This document shows, one piece after another, positions 45,385 to 60,200 of a DNA stretch of 64,000 bases. The notes under the pieces are model-generated. The model was not told the origin of the DNA. It did no database searches and was given only the letters and a program-made list of their open reading frames with translations. Every line of letters starts with the position of its first letter. The first letter of the stretch is position 1. Source of the stretch: Podarcis vaucheri (lineage: Eukaryota); assembly GCA_965113315.1 (NCBI GenBank), contig OZ220372.1; one strand, given 5' to 3'. The translations under genes and the position numbers were made by a program.

Positions 45385-45793
45385 CCTAAATATATGGGAT
45401 GCATAGGTCTATAATCTAGTAAGAGCAAACATTTGTTGCTAATTCATGTGCAACTGAATTTGTGCTCACTTTCTCTCCCCTGCACACTCAAACCAAATAC
45501 ACACACAAAAATGAATACAGTTTGTACCAATAACGCATATTAACAAATGCAATGTGGTAAACTGAAATCCTCACATTTGTCAACCCCTTTGCTTACTTTC
45601 TCTTGTTACAAACTAATTCACGCAACGTAACAAAAGGCTGCATAAGGGCTACCATTCTAGTACAAATGACCCTGGGGTCGCAACAACTCTGTTTTATCAA
45701 TGCAGAACTGCATTCTTTGCAACCCCAGCTACCCCTAAAGTATGTGCTGATAAGGACAGAAGCATCCTATCAATGGGACCATATCTCAACAGT

Positions 45794-45829
<36 letters not shown>

Positions 45830-46857
45830 CCAATTCCTTTTCTTATGCTCAAATACAAGTAGCTTGCAAGCAGCTGCATTCCAGGCCTCTCTTTGCTTAT
45901 GTGCTATTGCAGCTGCTGTGGCATGACAACAGTCCCTTCGCATTACGGCCTTTAACCACTGTAAGGCTTGGTTTACAGCCTTTCCCTCCTGCTGACCTGC
46001 CACAAAGCAGCCGCTTCACTCAGTCAAATGGGTTTTCTCATTGGAGTGTTAAACAAGGTGCAGGTTTTAAAACCTCTTCTCATTGTCAGAGCCCTTGCCT
46101 CTGTTTCATCCGCTGACCTTTGATCTGCAATTACTTCAGAGATGCCTGAGGTCTTCTGCTCCAGACCTGCCTACTGAGCACATGGTGTCAGGAAAAGGGG
46201 GGCATGAAATCATCACTCAAGACGGCAAGCAGGAGTTTCTTCCTGATAAGCTCTGAATACCTTTCCCTTTCTCAACGGTGCATTCATAACTAGTAACATC
46301 AAGCAAATACCCTGTGTCATATTGTAAGACTGGTTTGCAAACCCCAGATCACTATGCCTTTCATCTGTAGGCAGCAGTGTATCGGGAAATTTTTAAAGTC
46401 TAATGTTTTACAATTTTTTTCGTGCTGTAAGCTGCTCAGAGTGGGTGGGGTATAAATAATAAAATCATCATCATCATCATCATCATCTCATCCAGCTACT
46501 CACTTAGCAATTGGTTATGGAATGTAGGAACAATTTCCAATGAAAAGTATTGTAGCTGTTATTGCCCAGTGTGAAAGCCCTTTCCATGGCTCATTCTCTC
46601 ACAAAGGCATGTGCTTGATAGAACAATGCATGTGTGAATCAACTTATCACATTAATATCTCACCTTTCCACTCAGGAGCTCAAGGTGGTGTATGCAAGTC
46701 TCTTAGGGAGTCTCTCATTGAGCCACTGACCTACACAGCTTCAGCAAGATTGCTGCATCATGTGCCTTCAGACCCCTCCCTGGATAGATGAGATTTCAGC
46801 TCTCTGTCTGGAGGCACTATGCATGATTTATTTCTGTTAGGGATTGAGGGAGTAGAG

Positions 46858-46993
46858 CAGGCATAGGCAAACTCAGCTCTCCAGATGTTTTGGGTCTACA
46901 ACTCCCATGATCCCTAGCTAACAGGACGAGTGGCTAGGGATGATAGGAATTGTAGTCCCAAAACATCTGGAGGGCCAAGTTTGCCTATGCCTG
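46858..46993. mobile_element. hAT-type MITE
   Basis: TIRs CAGGCATAGGCAAACT...AGTTTGCCTATGCCTG; 8-bp TSD GAGTAGAG; the element is nearly palindromic throughout. Confidence 0.9.
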
Positions 46994-47688
46994 GAGTAGA
47001 GCTTGTGTGGGGAACATTTGGCCTTCCAGGTGCAAAGCTACAACTCCCATCAGCCCCAGCAAACATGATCAATGCTCAGGGAGGAGTTGTAGTTCAGCAT
47101 CATGTAGCAGAATGCTAGAGGGTGCTAACTGCATGTAAAGAGCTAGGCAACTCCTTCTTACGTTCTGCTTTGCAAAGCTATCTTTCAATTTACAGTGTTT
47201 ATTTCTGTGTAGCTTGTCAGTTACGGTTATGACATTTTCTTTTAACAGGGTGAGGCTGAAACAGCTGTAATATTCATAATGGACTTGACAATAAATTACC
47301 TTGAATTATTCCAAACAAATAAGAACAAAGAGTTAATGTTCACATAATAATGATGTCTGAATGAATCATCTTATTTGGAAGTGGGTTTTAAGTGGGTTTG
47401 AGGGTGTTTGTGTGAAGGGGGTAGAAACAGAATGCTAACAATTTGAAATTATTCTTCTAACATTACAGACAGGAGCAAAAAATAAGTCAGGAAAATTAAA
47501 TAGACACAGAGCAAGTGAGGTGTGATAAACTGATTTTACCCTGCACCAAGTTTCACAATCAGCTTTTAGTACTCAAAGAAGGAGAAACTGTCACTATAAG
47601 GGAAGACAATACTTCTCACAGGAAAATCCTAAGTGAACCATGGTCCTCATCACTGAGACTGAAATAATTCTGCTGTGAAGTCCCATGG

Positions 47689-47725
<37 letters not shown>

Positions 47726-49099
47726 ATATACAACACAGAAAGTCAGGGAAGAGTTATGAGTTGATGGCCAAGGAATGTAGATGACGACTGGATGAGCACC
47801 TGATGCACATCCACTTCCTGCAGAAAAATCCTCAGAATGCTACACCTTTAAAGCCTGCAGCAGTGTATCTATAACCACAAACCATATTTCCCTCAGCTAC
47901 TTGCTGCTTGCTCATTTTACTCCAAACAAAAGTTTAGTATGGCTACTTAGCACACAGGCAGTGGAGATTAGTTCACCTTGACTTGAATGTTGAATAGAGG
48001 AAGGAAGACCATGAATAGGTCTATTTGTGCAAAAAGGAATTATTTCCACCACTGAAGTTTGCAAGAAGAAAACAAAACTCTTATTTTCATTTCCTCCCTA
48101 AAAATGTTTAAGGGAGTATTTTAAAAGAAAAACTCCAAACACATAAAGCAGGATGATATCCCCTCAGTACCACAACCCCACATGTTCTGATGAGTGATCT
48201 GATCAGAAGGCTCCAACTTTGCCTTCATTGTACAGAATGACTGCCTATTCTGTACCTCTGAGTCTTTTTAATTTCACTTTGAAATCCAAATCCCTCTAAT
48301 GCATGGGGCTCTCACAAAACAAGCAAGAACAACGTGCATTTCTGAAAAGCTATCCACTTCTTACAGTTACAAAAATGGCTCCTCTGCTTTCCAGTTTCCT
48401 AGAAGCATCTGCTGGAGTCTTTTGTTTCTCTCTAGTTGCAAGTTTAATCTGTACAAATTCACCTCAGCCTCTGCCCATAGCCAGCACCCACCTGCCTGAT
48501 TTCTTACTTGCAACCTGTTCAGGGGTTGTTCTACTTGACAGGTTTGCTTGCCACTAACTCTGGCTTTCATTTACCGTTGGTCTCCCTGCCTTCTGCTCAA
48601 CCAGTCTTTGTAGACATCAGCCACCACAGGCATTCGCTGAACACTGAGATACCAGGCTGAAATTTGGTACACAAGCTCAGGAGGCAATTCTGAATTTCAA
48701 GTTTGAAAACCCTTGCCATCTTCACACCTGAGGAAAGTGCGGTACATAACGCAAAACAGTATCTCCCTTGAAGGCTGAGACACTGACATCACACTAGCTG
48801 TGCAAATTCAGAACGATGTGCTGTGTTTACAGTGCAAAGCCCAGCTTGACCTCTTCCACATTCTTGAAGTGTCCAGGGGGAAAAGAAAGATGTACAAAAC
48901 AGTATTTTCCTTGAACACTGCATCAGAAAGAAAGTTGTTTTGTTGTTATTGTTGGCATAATGGATGTAGCCCGGGGGAGGGGGGCAGCTGCCATCCCAGT
49001 CGATCAAAATCAATATAAATCAATACAAATCTGAGGTTCTGCCACCCCTAACAAAAGCCTGCCCCCCCCCAACAAAAATTCTGGCTACTCCCATGGTTG

Positions 49100-49342
49100 G
49101 CATCTTTTTTTCTCAAGACAGAATGGGGTGTGTCTCTGGGGTGAAGTCAAACCGCTGCGTTAGCAACACCGAAATGACCTCACCAGGGCACAAGCCTGGG
49201 CAATATGTATAGAGGTCCTGGGCTGCCCAGATGACAAGACCCCCCTCTTAGCCTCACTGGTGTGGTCCAGAGGAAAGAAGAGCAATATGTTTGGCACCAG
49301 CTTGGATGCAGAAGTTGCTGGAAGAAAGCGTACAAGGCGCCA
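49100..49342. mobile_element. Interspersed repeat fragment (possibly the 5' region of an RTE-type LINE)
   Basis: Resembles a repeat I recall from lacertid genomes; no diagnostic coding motif, family uncertain. Confidence 0.35.
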
Positions 49343-50774
49343 AAAGTTGGTGTGCACATTTCAAGCACAAACTACAGCTCTGCACCCATTTCCAAGGGCA
49401 ACACCAAATACACAAAATTATGCAATGCAATATGTCACCCAAAGACTGAGATATCAGAATAAAAGTTGCTCATTCAGGAGGCCATAATCTAAGCCCTAGA
49501 TCCATTATTAAGCGGGTAGAGAGAAAGTGAGGTCTTTTGAACGCTTAGCTTTACTGCCTTAATTGGTTATTCAATTTTTTATCAGTCTTTTGATCGTCAC
49601 AATTTAAAATTTTGGAAACCTCTAGAGATAGATCATGCGAGCAGTTTCAGTAGATATGTATATAAATAGTGTTGAAACCAGGCCTAGAGCACTTTTCTCC
49701 CTAGCCATGGTATATGCTACAAATCTAACCCTGTTACCTAGAAAAGCAAACTGAAAAGGAAGAGACAAAAGCAAAGATCTAGCCATGGATGTCCATCATG
49801 ATTGACGAAACTAATTGTTCCCTACTTGAGAACAGTTGCAGTCTGGAGAGGACTAAGTTCACTACAAACACACCACAGATAAGCAGCAAAAACCAAACAA
49901 TCAAACAGACTCTGAAACATTAAGACAATGAGCACACTCATGCCACAAGTTATTAAAATCAAGAAGATTTTAATTAAGAAAATATGGAATACTGAATTGC
50001 ATTTCAGAAATTTAATCACACATTTTCCCAACACTGTACATTCTCTTACTCCAGATGGTAAAAAAATAGATCAGATCTTAAGTGAAAATTCCAAGTAAGC
50101 TCTTGTATTCAACGGGCATATACATATACACGTACAGTATAGAGCAAAGATCAGAATGCAACCCATTAATGTTTACAAGCCTGGATGTATGAGATATTAA
50201 AGAGTGGAAAGATCACTTCTTAATACTCCATTACTCTAATTTCTCTTCTTAAAGCCTTTGCATGAGTAATCAGAGGTGCTCAAGCAAACCCCATACAGTA
50301 CCTTTAATTAAAATGTCTGTTTCTGAAAAGCTCTATCTCACACTAATCTCTCTGTGTTTAGCTGCTAGCTTTTCAAAACAGGGCACAACAACAGATGTGT
50401 GCTATGGGAAGAAAAGCCAGATAGCAGCAGCTTAGCTCAGCAGCCCACTTGCCTTTGCTAAAGTTTTCTTTTTTTCTTTTAAGAGGCTCCACTTCCAAGC
50501 CACGCACAGCTGATCAGTGGCATTCATTGGCTCTCACACACCCCCATTGCACCTGCTGGTAGACTGAGAGCTTGGTGAAAAGTCTCAGACTGGAAGACAT
50601 GCAAACCAGCCCTCAGCAATGTGGACTGATACTTTCTCCTTGATTCAGTAATAGTTGAACAAGGATCACAAAGTCTGCCTGTTTGTGTGTGCCAGAACCC
50701 AGCTTTAAACTAGCAGAGCACATCCAATCAAGTAGTTGCTCCATTTTTGAACTGCTCTTTGACTGTGATAATAA

Positions 50775-50775
<1 letters not shown>

Positions 50776-50828
<53 letters not shown>

Positions 50829-50829
50829 A
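50776..50829. repeat. (TTG)n trinucleotide microsatellite
   Basis: Visible directly; it is the source of the poly-Asn ORF at 50613-50888. Confidence 0.92.
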
Positions 50830-52303
50830 TAGTTGCTCCTTTTTATTTTGCTTAATGTCACCTTTTTTAATATTTGGCATTTTATCACATCTCTGAAATA
50901 TATTTTGAAATATAGAACGAATTAAGTTTGTAACTAGAGGTACTATTGTATTCTGCAAGGATGCATCCACAACTTCATGAACCCCAACCTCCATTCTCCA
51001 CCATGTGCTCAAACAGTGTTAGAAAATAGCAGTTTCCTTGACAACATTTATTTTTAAAACTTCTCTCTTATCTTCCAGGATGAAATTGCCCAAGACAACT
51101 GCCAAAATTACTTAGAACATCCATTCAAAATATAACAATAAATCTACAATAAAAGCTACAGAAATAAAACCAGAAGAAGAGATAGAAGATAAAAGCAGAA
51201 CCATCCAAAAATCAAAACAGCAATAAAAGAACCCAGCGAACACTAAATAATAAGAAAGCAACTGAAACTGCAAATAAATAACAGGAATGCACTTTCCTAA
51301 TACCATTATTTCTGCTCTTAAAAACTGTCAGGTAAAAGTTAACCAGAGACTACTAAAAATTGTATGCGCTTGCTCTAGTGGAACTGAACCACACAGTGGC
51401 TAAACTTTGCCTAATTTATCTGCCAAATGTTGTGTTCTTCAACCCAGTCTTCTTCAAAGATGCCAGTCCAAGGATGCCCTTTGCAAAAATTTGTTTTATG
51501 GTCCTTCACATAACAGTATTCACAATACGATATTGTCTAAATTGTGCATGTGTCTATATATACACAATTGTAAAAGTTAAACTGGCAATACATACTTTAT
51601 AGAAGCCACTGAAATAATGATCAATCAAGCAATCTGACTGCAAAAACTTTTCCTGAGATTCCAACAATGTACAAAATAGACAGCAGGATTGTGCACTGTT
51701 TCTTTTGAGGAGACAAGTCAAAGAATGACAATAAGCATGATATATTACCCTGTACAAGGGACATATCACTCATTGTTGTCAACACAGAGACTATTGATTT
51801 CCAGGGGAAATCTTAGGTTCCTTACAGACCTTAGAAAATAAGTGGGGATAGATCATGTGACCTTTCCTAAGATCCTTTTGGTGACAAATGTGCAGAAGAT
51901 TTCCTGATATTTTATGCTAGGAGACATAACGAAGGAAAGAAATTATAATTTTAATTATAATCAAGAAGTGATGCTTCTTTTGACAACCCGCCAAATATAC
52001 GATTACGATATCTTTATCTTTGTCATTGTCCCTTGCAGAACAATGAAATTGAAAAACTACATAAAACTACCACAAAACTACATAAAAACTACATAAAACT
52101 ACTACAAAACTATATAAGACATTCAAAACCCCCTAAAAACTCTAAAACCCCATGTTAAAATACACTATACTACAGAGACCCCTTATGCTGCGTTTAGAAC
52201 CAGAATTGCATTTGCGTAGAAACTGTTTCTCAGGCGGCTAGTCCTGGCCTTTATAACCCTATACCTTCTTTCAGAAGGCAGAAGCTGAAAGAGATCATTT
52301 CCG

Positions 52304-52479
52304 NNNNNNNNNNNNNNNNNNNNNNNNNNNNNNNNNNNNNNNNNNNNNNNNNNNNNNNNNNNNNNNNNNNNNNNNNNNNNNNNNNNNNNNNNNNNNNNNN
52401 NNNNNNNNNNNNNNNNNNNNNNNNNNNNNNNNNNNNNNNNNNNNNNNNNNNNNNNNNNNNNNNNNNNNNNNNNNNNNNN
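52304..52479. other. Assembly gap (N run)
   Basis: Run of n characters. Confidence 1.
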
Positions 52480-53220
52480 TATCCTGTATATATATACACT
52501 ATTTACCTAGAAAACCCATCAATTTCTAAATTTAGAATCACTTGTTAACCAAATCAAGATCTTATTTAGCTAGAATGAACAAAATTCCACAATGTTATCC
52601 AAGGCATTCTATTCCCAATGCTCTTTGATAAACACTTTGTTTCCAACTTAGTACAGTCACAAGGTCTCATTTGAAGTTCAAATTACAGCTTTCAAAGCTA
52701 AATAGGATGCTGAAGACTCTCTCTCACCCTAGCTCGAAGCTACTCTCTATCTTGGGTTATGCAAAAATCACTGCTTTCCATTCATGGAATTTTGTTGCTT
52801 AGATTACTGGGACCCCCTCGGTCCACAAGCATCCTTATATCTGTCCTTTGCTTAGGCACATATTGGTTTGGATCCTGTAGACCAGGTCTCATCCACCTGG
52901 TGCTCTTCAGATGTTTTATACTATAACTCCCATAAACCCAAGCTAGCACTGTAGTAGACTGATCTAATCTATGAATGACTGCAAGTGGTCTTTGGTCACT
53001 TATAGATATAGGATTCAATGAACTTCACCTGTCATAGATAGTAACTCAATGGTCACTTACCTCGGCATGAAAAAAGAAAGATATTGCTAATAATTACTGA
53101 CTCTCTCCCACTTTACTTCAATCTTGTATTTACTCCTAGTACAGTGCATTCTTGACACTGGCTTCCTCCCTTTCACCCTTCTAGTGAGAACAGGGTTTTA
53201 GCTAGGCTACCATTGAGCAC

Positions 53221-53301
53221 GGCCAATAAAGTGAGATTAGCGCTGCAACCCCAGAGTTGGCCATGACTGGACCTAGTGGTCATGGGTCCCTTTACCTTAC
53301 C
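53221..53301 (+). mobile_element. Sauria SINE 3' fragment
   Basis: Similar to 45305-45384, ending in gggtccctttaccttacc. Confidence 0.75.
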
Positions 53302-53984
53302 ACTGAGCAAGCAATAGGCCTAGTTGCATTCAGTGCCTGTCATACTGGCTGCTGTCATAGCCAGGGAATTATTATAAATACCATTTTATTATGCAGACAT
53401 GACAGAAACTCCAATTACAGCCCATTCAAGCTCAAAGAGACGTGTGTGTGTGTGTCCTGTCTTTATATTGATAAGAGGCCTCCCGTACACTGCCTGCCTT
53501 TACTCTTCCTCACCCATGTTATTTCTAATCTCTATGGTAAATCATACACTTCTAATTTTCTCAGAAAACATAAGAGAAACAACAGGATTGGTCCTTTAAC
53601 AAACTTTTGGACACTGTTTACTGGCACCACTCTATTTATTGACATAGGCATTCATCTAGCAAAAGGAACTCAATGATCCAGGAAATGGTTTCACTGGAAC
53701 ACCTCTCAAGGTCAGCATCTCATTGATCCCACTGGAATTAGCCAACTGGAAAAAAGGCCCAGACTGTAGGGGTATACAGTATGTGTAACCAAGAGGTATT
53801 CCACAGTAAAAATAGGTGTTAAATTTTTGTTCTTCATCCACAGTACAAGTTTCTTCTAAGCCCATGTTTGTGTGTGTTACCATGTCTTCAGCAGAAAGGG
53901 AGGTCACACAATAATCACATAAAAAGCTCCAAGTGCTGCTCTTACAAACTTTCTGAAAATGTAACAATTCACACAGGATCCATA

Positions 53985-54234
53985 CAGTGGTACCTTGGAA
54001 GCCAAACGGAATCCGTTCCGGTAGTCCTTTTGACTTCCAAAACCTCCGGAAACCAAGGTGAGGCTTCCGATTGGCTGCAGGAAGCTCCTGCAGCCAATCG
54101 GAAGCCGCGGAAGTTGTGCCAGACATTTGGGTTCCAAAGAACGTTTGAAAACCGGAACAATCACTTCCGGTTTTCGATCATTCGGGAGCCAAAATGTTCA
54201 AGTTTAAAGGTGTTCAGCTTCCGAGGTTCCACTG
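53985..54234. mobile_element. Tc1/mariner (Tigger-like) MITE
   Basis: TIRs CAGTGGTACCTTGGAAG...CTTCCGAGGTTCCACTG with TA flanks; internal inverted repeat ggcttccgattggctgcagga/tcctgcagccaatcggaagcc. Confidence 0.85.
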
Positions 54235-57200
54235 TACTTCAGTTACAAACAATTACACACCCAGTCACACCTGATCTTTCTAACACCAAATATTATGGAG
54301 ATCAGAAACTTAGTAAACTGGAGAGACCAGTAGCATATAGCACAAAGAGATGGGAATTGAGAGCTGAGTTGATGGAAGATTTCACACCCCTAATCTGAAA
54401 TAGGAATAGTAACAGTTATTGTTGAATAACTGTATCTACCTAGTCACCTCTCAGTTTTTTATGCCTTAGGCAGAAAATTTATGTTTCAAGGATTTTCATG
54501 AGCAACCCTGAAGGCTAGAAACTTGCAGTTTAGAATGAAAGCTTTGATTCTCCACATTCTGTGCATGCCAATCAATGATTGCTAGAAGAGGTCATATCTC
54601 GCACAATGTCCTAGACATCCTGCTCAGAAGTAAGGAAACTCCTACAACTAGTTTCCAAGTCCACATGACAAATTATACTTTGACCGTTTATTTCACAAAG
54701 CAAGTACAGTAGCCATGACTGCTGCTATACAGAATGGATTCTGTTACCATACTGAGACATAATTGTGTATTTTTGTTAAACTGGTTTGGGTGGTTATACA
54801 GTAGTTAAAATCCTAATGACTGACTAATCCAGTAAAATGTTTGAAAAGTAAATGGAGCACATCTTTAAAAAAACCTGAAGTCAAGCAAATCAAGTTCCAC
54901 AAATACAAAGAGTGTTGGAAGTAAAAGCTTCTGAATTTTATTTAAATATTTAAAAGCTCACCTGTACACACATGCAATCACTAAATTGACATTTCAAAAG
55001 TTATTTTCATGGAGGAGGGGGAGCTGGGAAGGTATTGAATTCTGCCCATAAAGGAAGCCTACGGCAGGCTGTGCCTCAACAGCACTTTCAATTACCTCTC
55101 ATAAGCAGTTGCTTTAAAACACACACACACCCTTTGACTCAAGTATGTGTCAAGAATTTTACAACCAGTGAAAGATTTAGGAGCTTGGTTTGGCTTTTCA
55201 TAGGCAATACCAGGTATATGGAGTGTGTTTTTAAACTGAAGAACAGACCCAATGATCTCACAGCTTTCTGCTCTCCCTACATCTCTGCTCACTCATCCAG
55301 CAACCTGTACGAACATATCATGATCTAACATATTCACCTGACTCACAAATTAAGGCATAAAGCAAGAATTGATTTTGTGTCTCTAAAGCGAGCGGGGGGA
55401 GGGGGGCTGTTATCTTCTTCTAGGATCTTATGAGGAAGTAACTGATTGTTGGCAAAATTTGATTAAATGAGACCTTGGGAGCAAACCTTGAAGGGTAAAA
55501 AGGAACATGCGTTAAGAAAATCCACAAGCAGAGGAAGATTACTTCCCACCACTTGAAGATGAATTTTGCATTTTGAGAGTTACATCCCTTCTGAACACCA
55601 GGCAATATACAATCTGCTTCAACTGACTCCACCTAGTACACCACCCACAATTAATCCCTGGCTTTGCTAAATTAAAGACTGCCATGATTCTCTTTACTTC
55701 TGCCCACATGTCAATGATAGTGGGTGACTTTTTAACCTGCACTTGCAGAGTCCCTTTCAAAGTGCTCTGTGAGATAGTATTTTGCAAGGAGCTTGACAAA
55801 CCCAACATTCTCCAGCTGAATGGCAGTGCCTGCAAACCCTCTTTCAGCTGAAACAGGTTTTTATCTGCCCCAAATGATGTCAGGTGTAGGGCAGCTGGGT
55901 GCAGTTTGGCCAAAATGGCCTGGTGGGTCTAATCTGGCCCACAGGCCAGAGGCTCCCCACCCCTGCTTTGCAATATATAACAGGGGTGAACAAAAGGTAG
56001 ATTTCGACCTATGGGCAGATCTCAGTAGTGATATGCAGTACAACAATATGGATTTGGGCTTTCAAATTAAACACCACCAACAACAAAATGGCTTTCCCTC
56101 TTCTAAATAGGTTTCTGAGATGAAGTAATCCTGGTGGGGAAAATCCAGCAGTGGAGTTTTGTGTGCTGGGACTGTGTGACTACTGGAAAAAACAAATTCC
56201 TGAGCTGAGCATGTGATCAGAGTCACCCTGGGTGATATACAACTAATACTCAGTGACCTATGTCTATTGATCTTAATGGGGCTATTCTTGAGCTTGCTTC
56301 CTTAGTTCTAAGAGTGTGTCACTATTTTGCACATAGCTCCAGTTGGTTCTAGTGAAAAACCAAAGTAGACCCAAAAAGCCCAAACTCTACCTGCCCCAAT
56401 GTTTATGGCATGCATAGGCAAACTCGACCCTTCAGATGTTTTGGGACTACAACTCCCATCATCCAACATACCAATTGCTGTTCATGTTTATTATATGTTT
56501 GTTCACAGTGGTAAGCTGGGTTATAATAGCAAACTTCTGGAACCTACTAGAAAATGTATCATTGCATAGGTATTGATATTTCAGGGGTTTCAATGTGTGT
56601 AAAAAGACACTAGTCTCCTGCCCCCACCATAATCCATAAGCCAAGTAGTCACATATCTCAGGTATCTCCCACCAAGTATTTATTTAAATGCACAAGTAGT
56701 TAAGATGCCTACCTGGGAAACATGACATGGGCTCTTGTACCTGACAGGGCTGCCTATGGCTATTTATTTGTGAGAATGAGCCAGGGGCCACTCTCAGGGG
56801 AGAGTTGATAAAAGCTGGGGTGCTTTAGCCATTTGTCCCTTGCCTCCATCTAAGGGGCCCATACCAATGGGAAGATGACCATCCTCACTGATTACATATA
56901 CGTAGGTTAGAAATACTGTGTTGCTAGAAAATATGTTAGGTTTGTGGTATCTCCTTTGGCTTTTGAAAATTCTGTTGAACATTGGCCTACTCCCCTCTTC
57001 TTTCTATTATTAACGAAGTTTCATAATTGGACTAGTGGGATCTGTGTGTGTTTGCCAGACTCAGGATTCAGTTAATGGGATACCCCGAGTTTCCCTCTTT
57101 TTTCTCGGACTGTAAGTGAATAAATTATCTAAGTAAGAATTAAAGAACTTAATTCAAAATGTGCGCCTGTTGGGCAAATAAAAGTGTTAAACAGAAATCA

Positions 57201-60200
57201 GTGTGTTTCGGCTACTGGCCAAGCTGTTTGACTAAGTACTTTGTGTGACAAAGGAATAGCAAAAAGGGCTAATCAATGTATGTTACTTGTTAACTATTCA
57301 TTTTGATTGCCACAACCTAATCTCTTATCTCTGTTTACTTAACACAAAATAAAAATTTGGAGAGTGGAAACGTGCTACTTAACAAACCCACTAAGTATTT
57401 TAAGGTGGGACTTAGGTTTGCTCTGTTAGCTTTATACACTGTAGGTCACCAGCTTCCCTCAAACAGATATAATGACCAAGACTTCTTATGTGGTGGGGAA
57501 ATCTTATATGGAAGTGTGGAAGGGTCCTTTCAACTATCAAAATGGAAGGGATCTTAATATTTACCCAGAAAAGCTTCAAGAAGAGTATGAAGCTGACCAA
57601 AAATGGAAATTCTGACAGAGCAGAGGATGAAGTGGGACCTAATCTCGAAAAAGGCACTCCAAGCTGCTACCACCCACTTGGGCAACCAAGAACATCTCTT
57701 AAACTGAGAACCTGATTCTTAAAAGGAAGCACAGCAACATCCAAAAGAGGCTGAATATTAACACTAGATTGGTTCCACCAACCAACAGTACTTCCTTCTT
57801 GCCTGGGTTTAGCTCGTTTGTTAGCCCACATTCCATCCGTCATTGATTTCTCTCGTTTATCTGACAATACTCTTCCAAAATTCACTGTTGGATTCGTTTA
57901 GGCCATGGATAGGGAAGCTGTGGCCTTCCAAATGCCAATGAACTTCAACTCCAGTCAGCATTGCCAAAGGCCAGAGATGATGGGAACTAAAAGCCCATCC
58001 CAAGGTATAAAGTCAGCATTGCAAATAAATTCTAATTTTAAAACATTTTTTTTTAAAAAAAGAACTTCTGTAAAGATTTCTTACCCTAGTCATCTGGGGA
58101 GAAATTCTGCTCACCTAAAGCAATTAGGCAAGATTTTTACAAGTTAGTATGGAAGATTAAGTGAGTTTACTTTTTTTAAGCCCTCGCAAACAATCATTCT
58201 CCTTTGGCTGTAGCTCAAGATGACCAAGAGTGCAGCACTATGCATGTCTTCTTAAACGTTCCGCTGAGTTCAAGGGCTTACTCCCTTGTAAGTGATAATA
58301 GGACTGAAGCCATAGGATGCAATACTACAAGCAATTATCAGCCTCAGCCAGCACAATGAGGTTGGCATACAGTTAAGGGTTAATTATCTTTTCACATTAG
58401 CACTACAGTATAATCTAACTGAAAATTTGTAGGGTAGTTATTTCAATGTCTGCCTCTTTTGTGTGTGTGCATCTGATGAAACACTCTTGTTCATGAAAAC
58501 TTGTGCCATAATAAATATGTTAAATGTGCTACAAAGTTCTTTCTTCTTTGTGCTGCAAACAACTGATACAGCTATTCCTCTGGAAGCTTTTCTTTATTTA
58601 GTTTTCTTTTGCTAAATCTGCCAGGTATTTTTTTAAAACTATTTTTATACATAAACAGAGAGCAAGCAAGTTTATTTTGAAAGTAGTATGGTACTGTTTA
58701 CTGCCAAAATTGCATTTGTTGATTATTCAACTGTGCTGGAGAACAAAGGAAAGTCAACTTAATAAGTTTGGTAATTAAGATTTCTGGGCATCATTGAAAG
58801 AATTTACAGAATAATTAACAGACCTCTGAATAAGTCAATTTGCATAATTACAGTTTAGATAATTAAGGCTATTTCATTGTACATAAGGGCTAAATATGCA
58901 GCACCATTCACAACTCTGTGTTTTCTATTAGCAAACAGTTAGGTTCCCCATATATGGGTTGATGACATTATCTTGGGCTTGGCCAGCCTGTTAACATAGT
59001 TAGTAGCAGTTATCCTACATTGAGGGCCATGACTTTTCTTCAGCAGGGGATTACACAATTTTCAGTGCTGGTGGGAAGAGTTTTTAAGTCCATCATCTGC
59101 TACACTATTTGCTTGCTTCAACCTGCAGCCTCAGCAGCACGTTCCTCCTCTTTCCTCTTCTCTTCTCTAGGACAAATTCCCCACCTGACATCTCTTGTTT
59201 ACTTTAATCCTGCTTTACCGATCCATCTTCAGCGGCACTAACCATAGTTAACACCAAGCGCTTTCCCTCTAAAACCCAATTCAAACCTTGGCGTCAACTA
59301 TAGTTAACATGTTTTCAGGATATAAGCCAAAGCGAAACTGTATCCACAATACAAGTTTAGAGTGAAGACAAAAATATAGCACCTCCTCATTTCCAGCATA
59401 TATATTTCCTGTTGTATCTTTGTACACTGTAAGTCACCAGTTACCATTTTCTGGGTCTTCTGCTAAGCACAGAACCAGCTAGCATGTTATAGTGGGCAGC
59501 ATCCTGGTCTGAAGCTCTGTGGTTTCTGCGGCTCTCTTGATTTTGGTAGACAATGACTCCCATCATACCTAGCCACTGACCATGTTGGCTGAGGCTGATG
59601 ATTCTAAAAAGACCTAGGTTCAAATCTGCACTCAGCTATGAAACTTATTAAGACGGACCCAATTCTTAGGCTTGCTATGAGGATAAATATCCCCATGGCA
59701 GCTACCATGAGCTCCATTGAGGATGGGTAGGATACAGATACAATAAATAATAGTATAGCCTCCTAAATAAATCCACCCTAACTGCAAAACCTTCCACCCA
59801 CCCCCGCTCTGCAAATTACTAGCTCCTCCGCTTTTGCATCTGTAATAGTCATTTGTGTCCTAAAAGATGCTGCTTCCTTGCCCGGTCAACTGGAGACAAT
59901 TTTTACTCGCCACAGGTAACCAGGTGAGTGACTGCTTACAAGTCTGTATTAATAATAATAAACTGTTTATTAAAACAATGACTTGCCTAAACATTGACAA
60001 CACTGAAATATATAAATTAAAGTTTAAGAGAGCAGCAGTTTAAAGCCAACTGTTTTCATCTACAACAACTTTACCGCAAAAAACAGTGGGATAGCCGTTA
60101 GCACACAAACTTGGCTATTTGACCCAGTGGCTTTCTCACAAGCCCATTCAAAAAGAGCATCTCCATTTCCTAGACATAATACAGTCAGGAGGAGAAAAGC

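Noticed and set aside
52053-52115. AAAACTAC-based short repeat near the gap
   Set aside because: Low-complexity minisatellite with no further structure.
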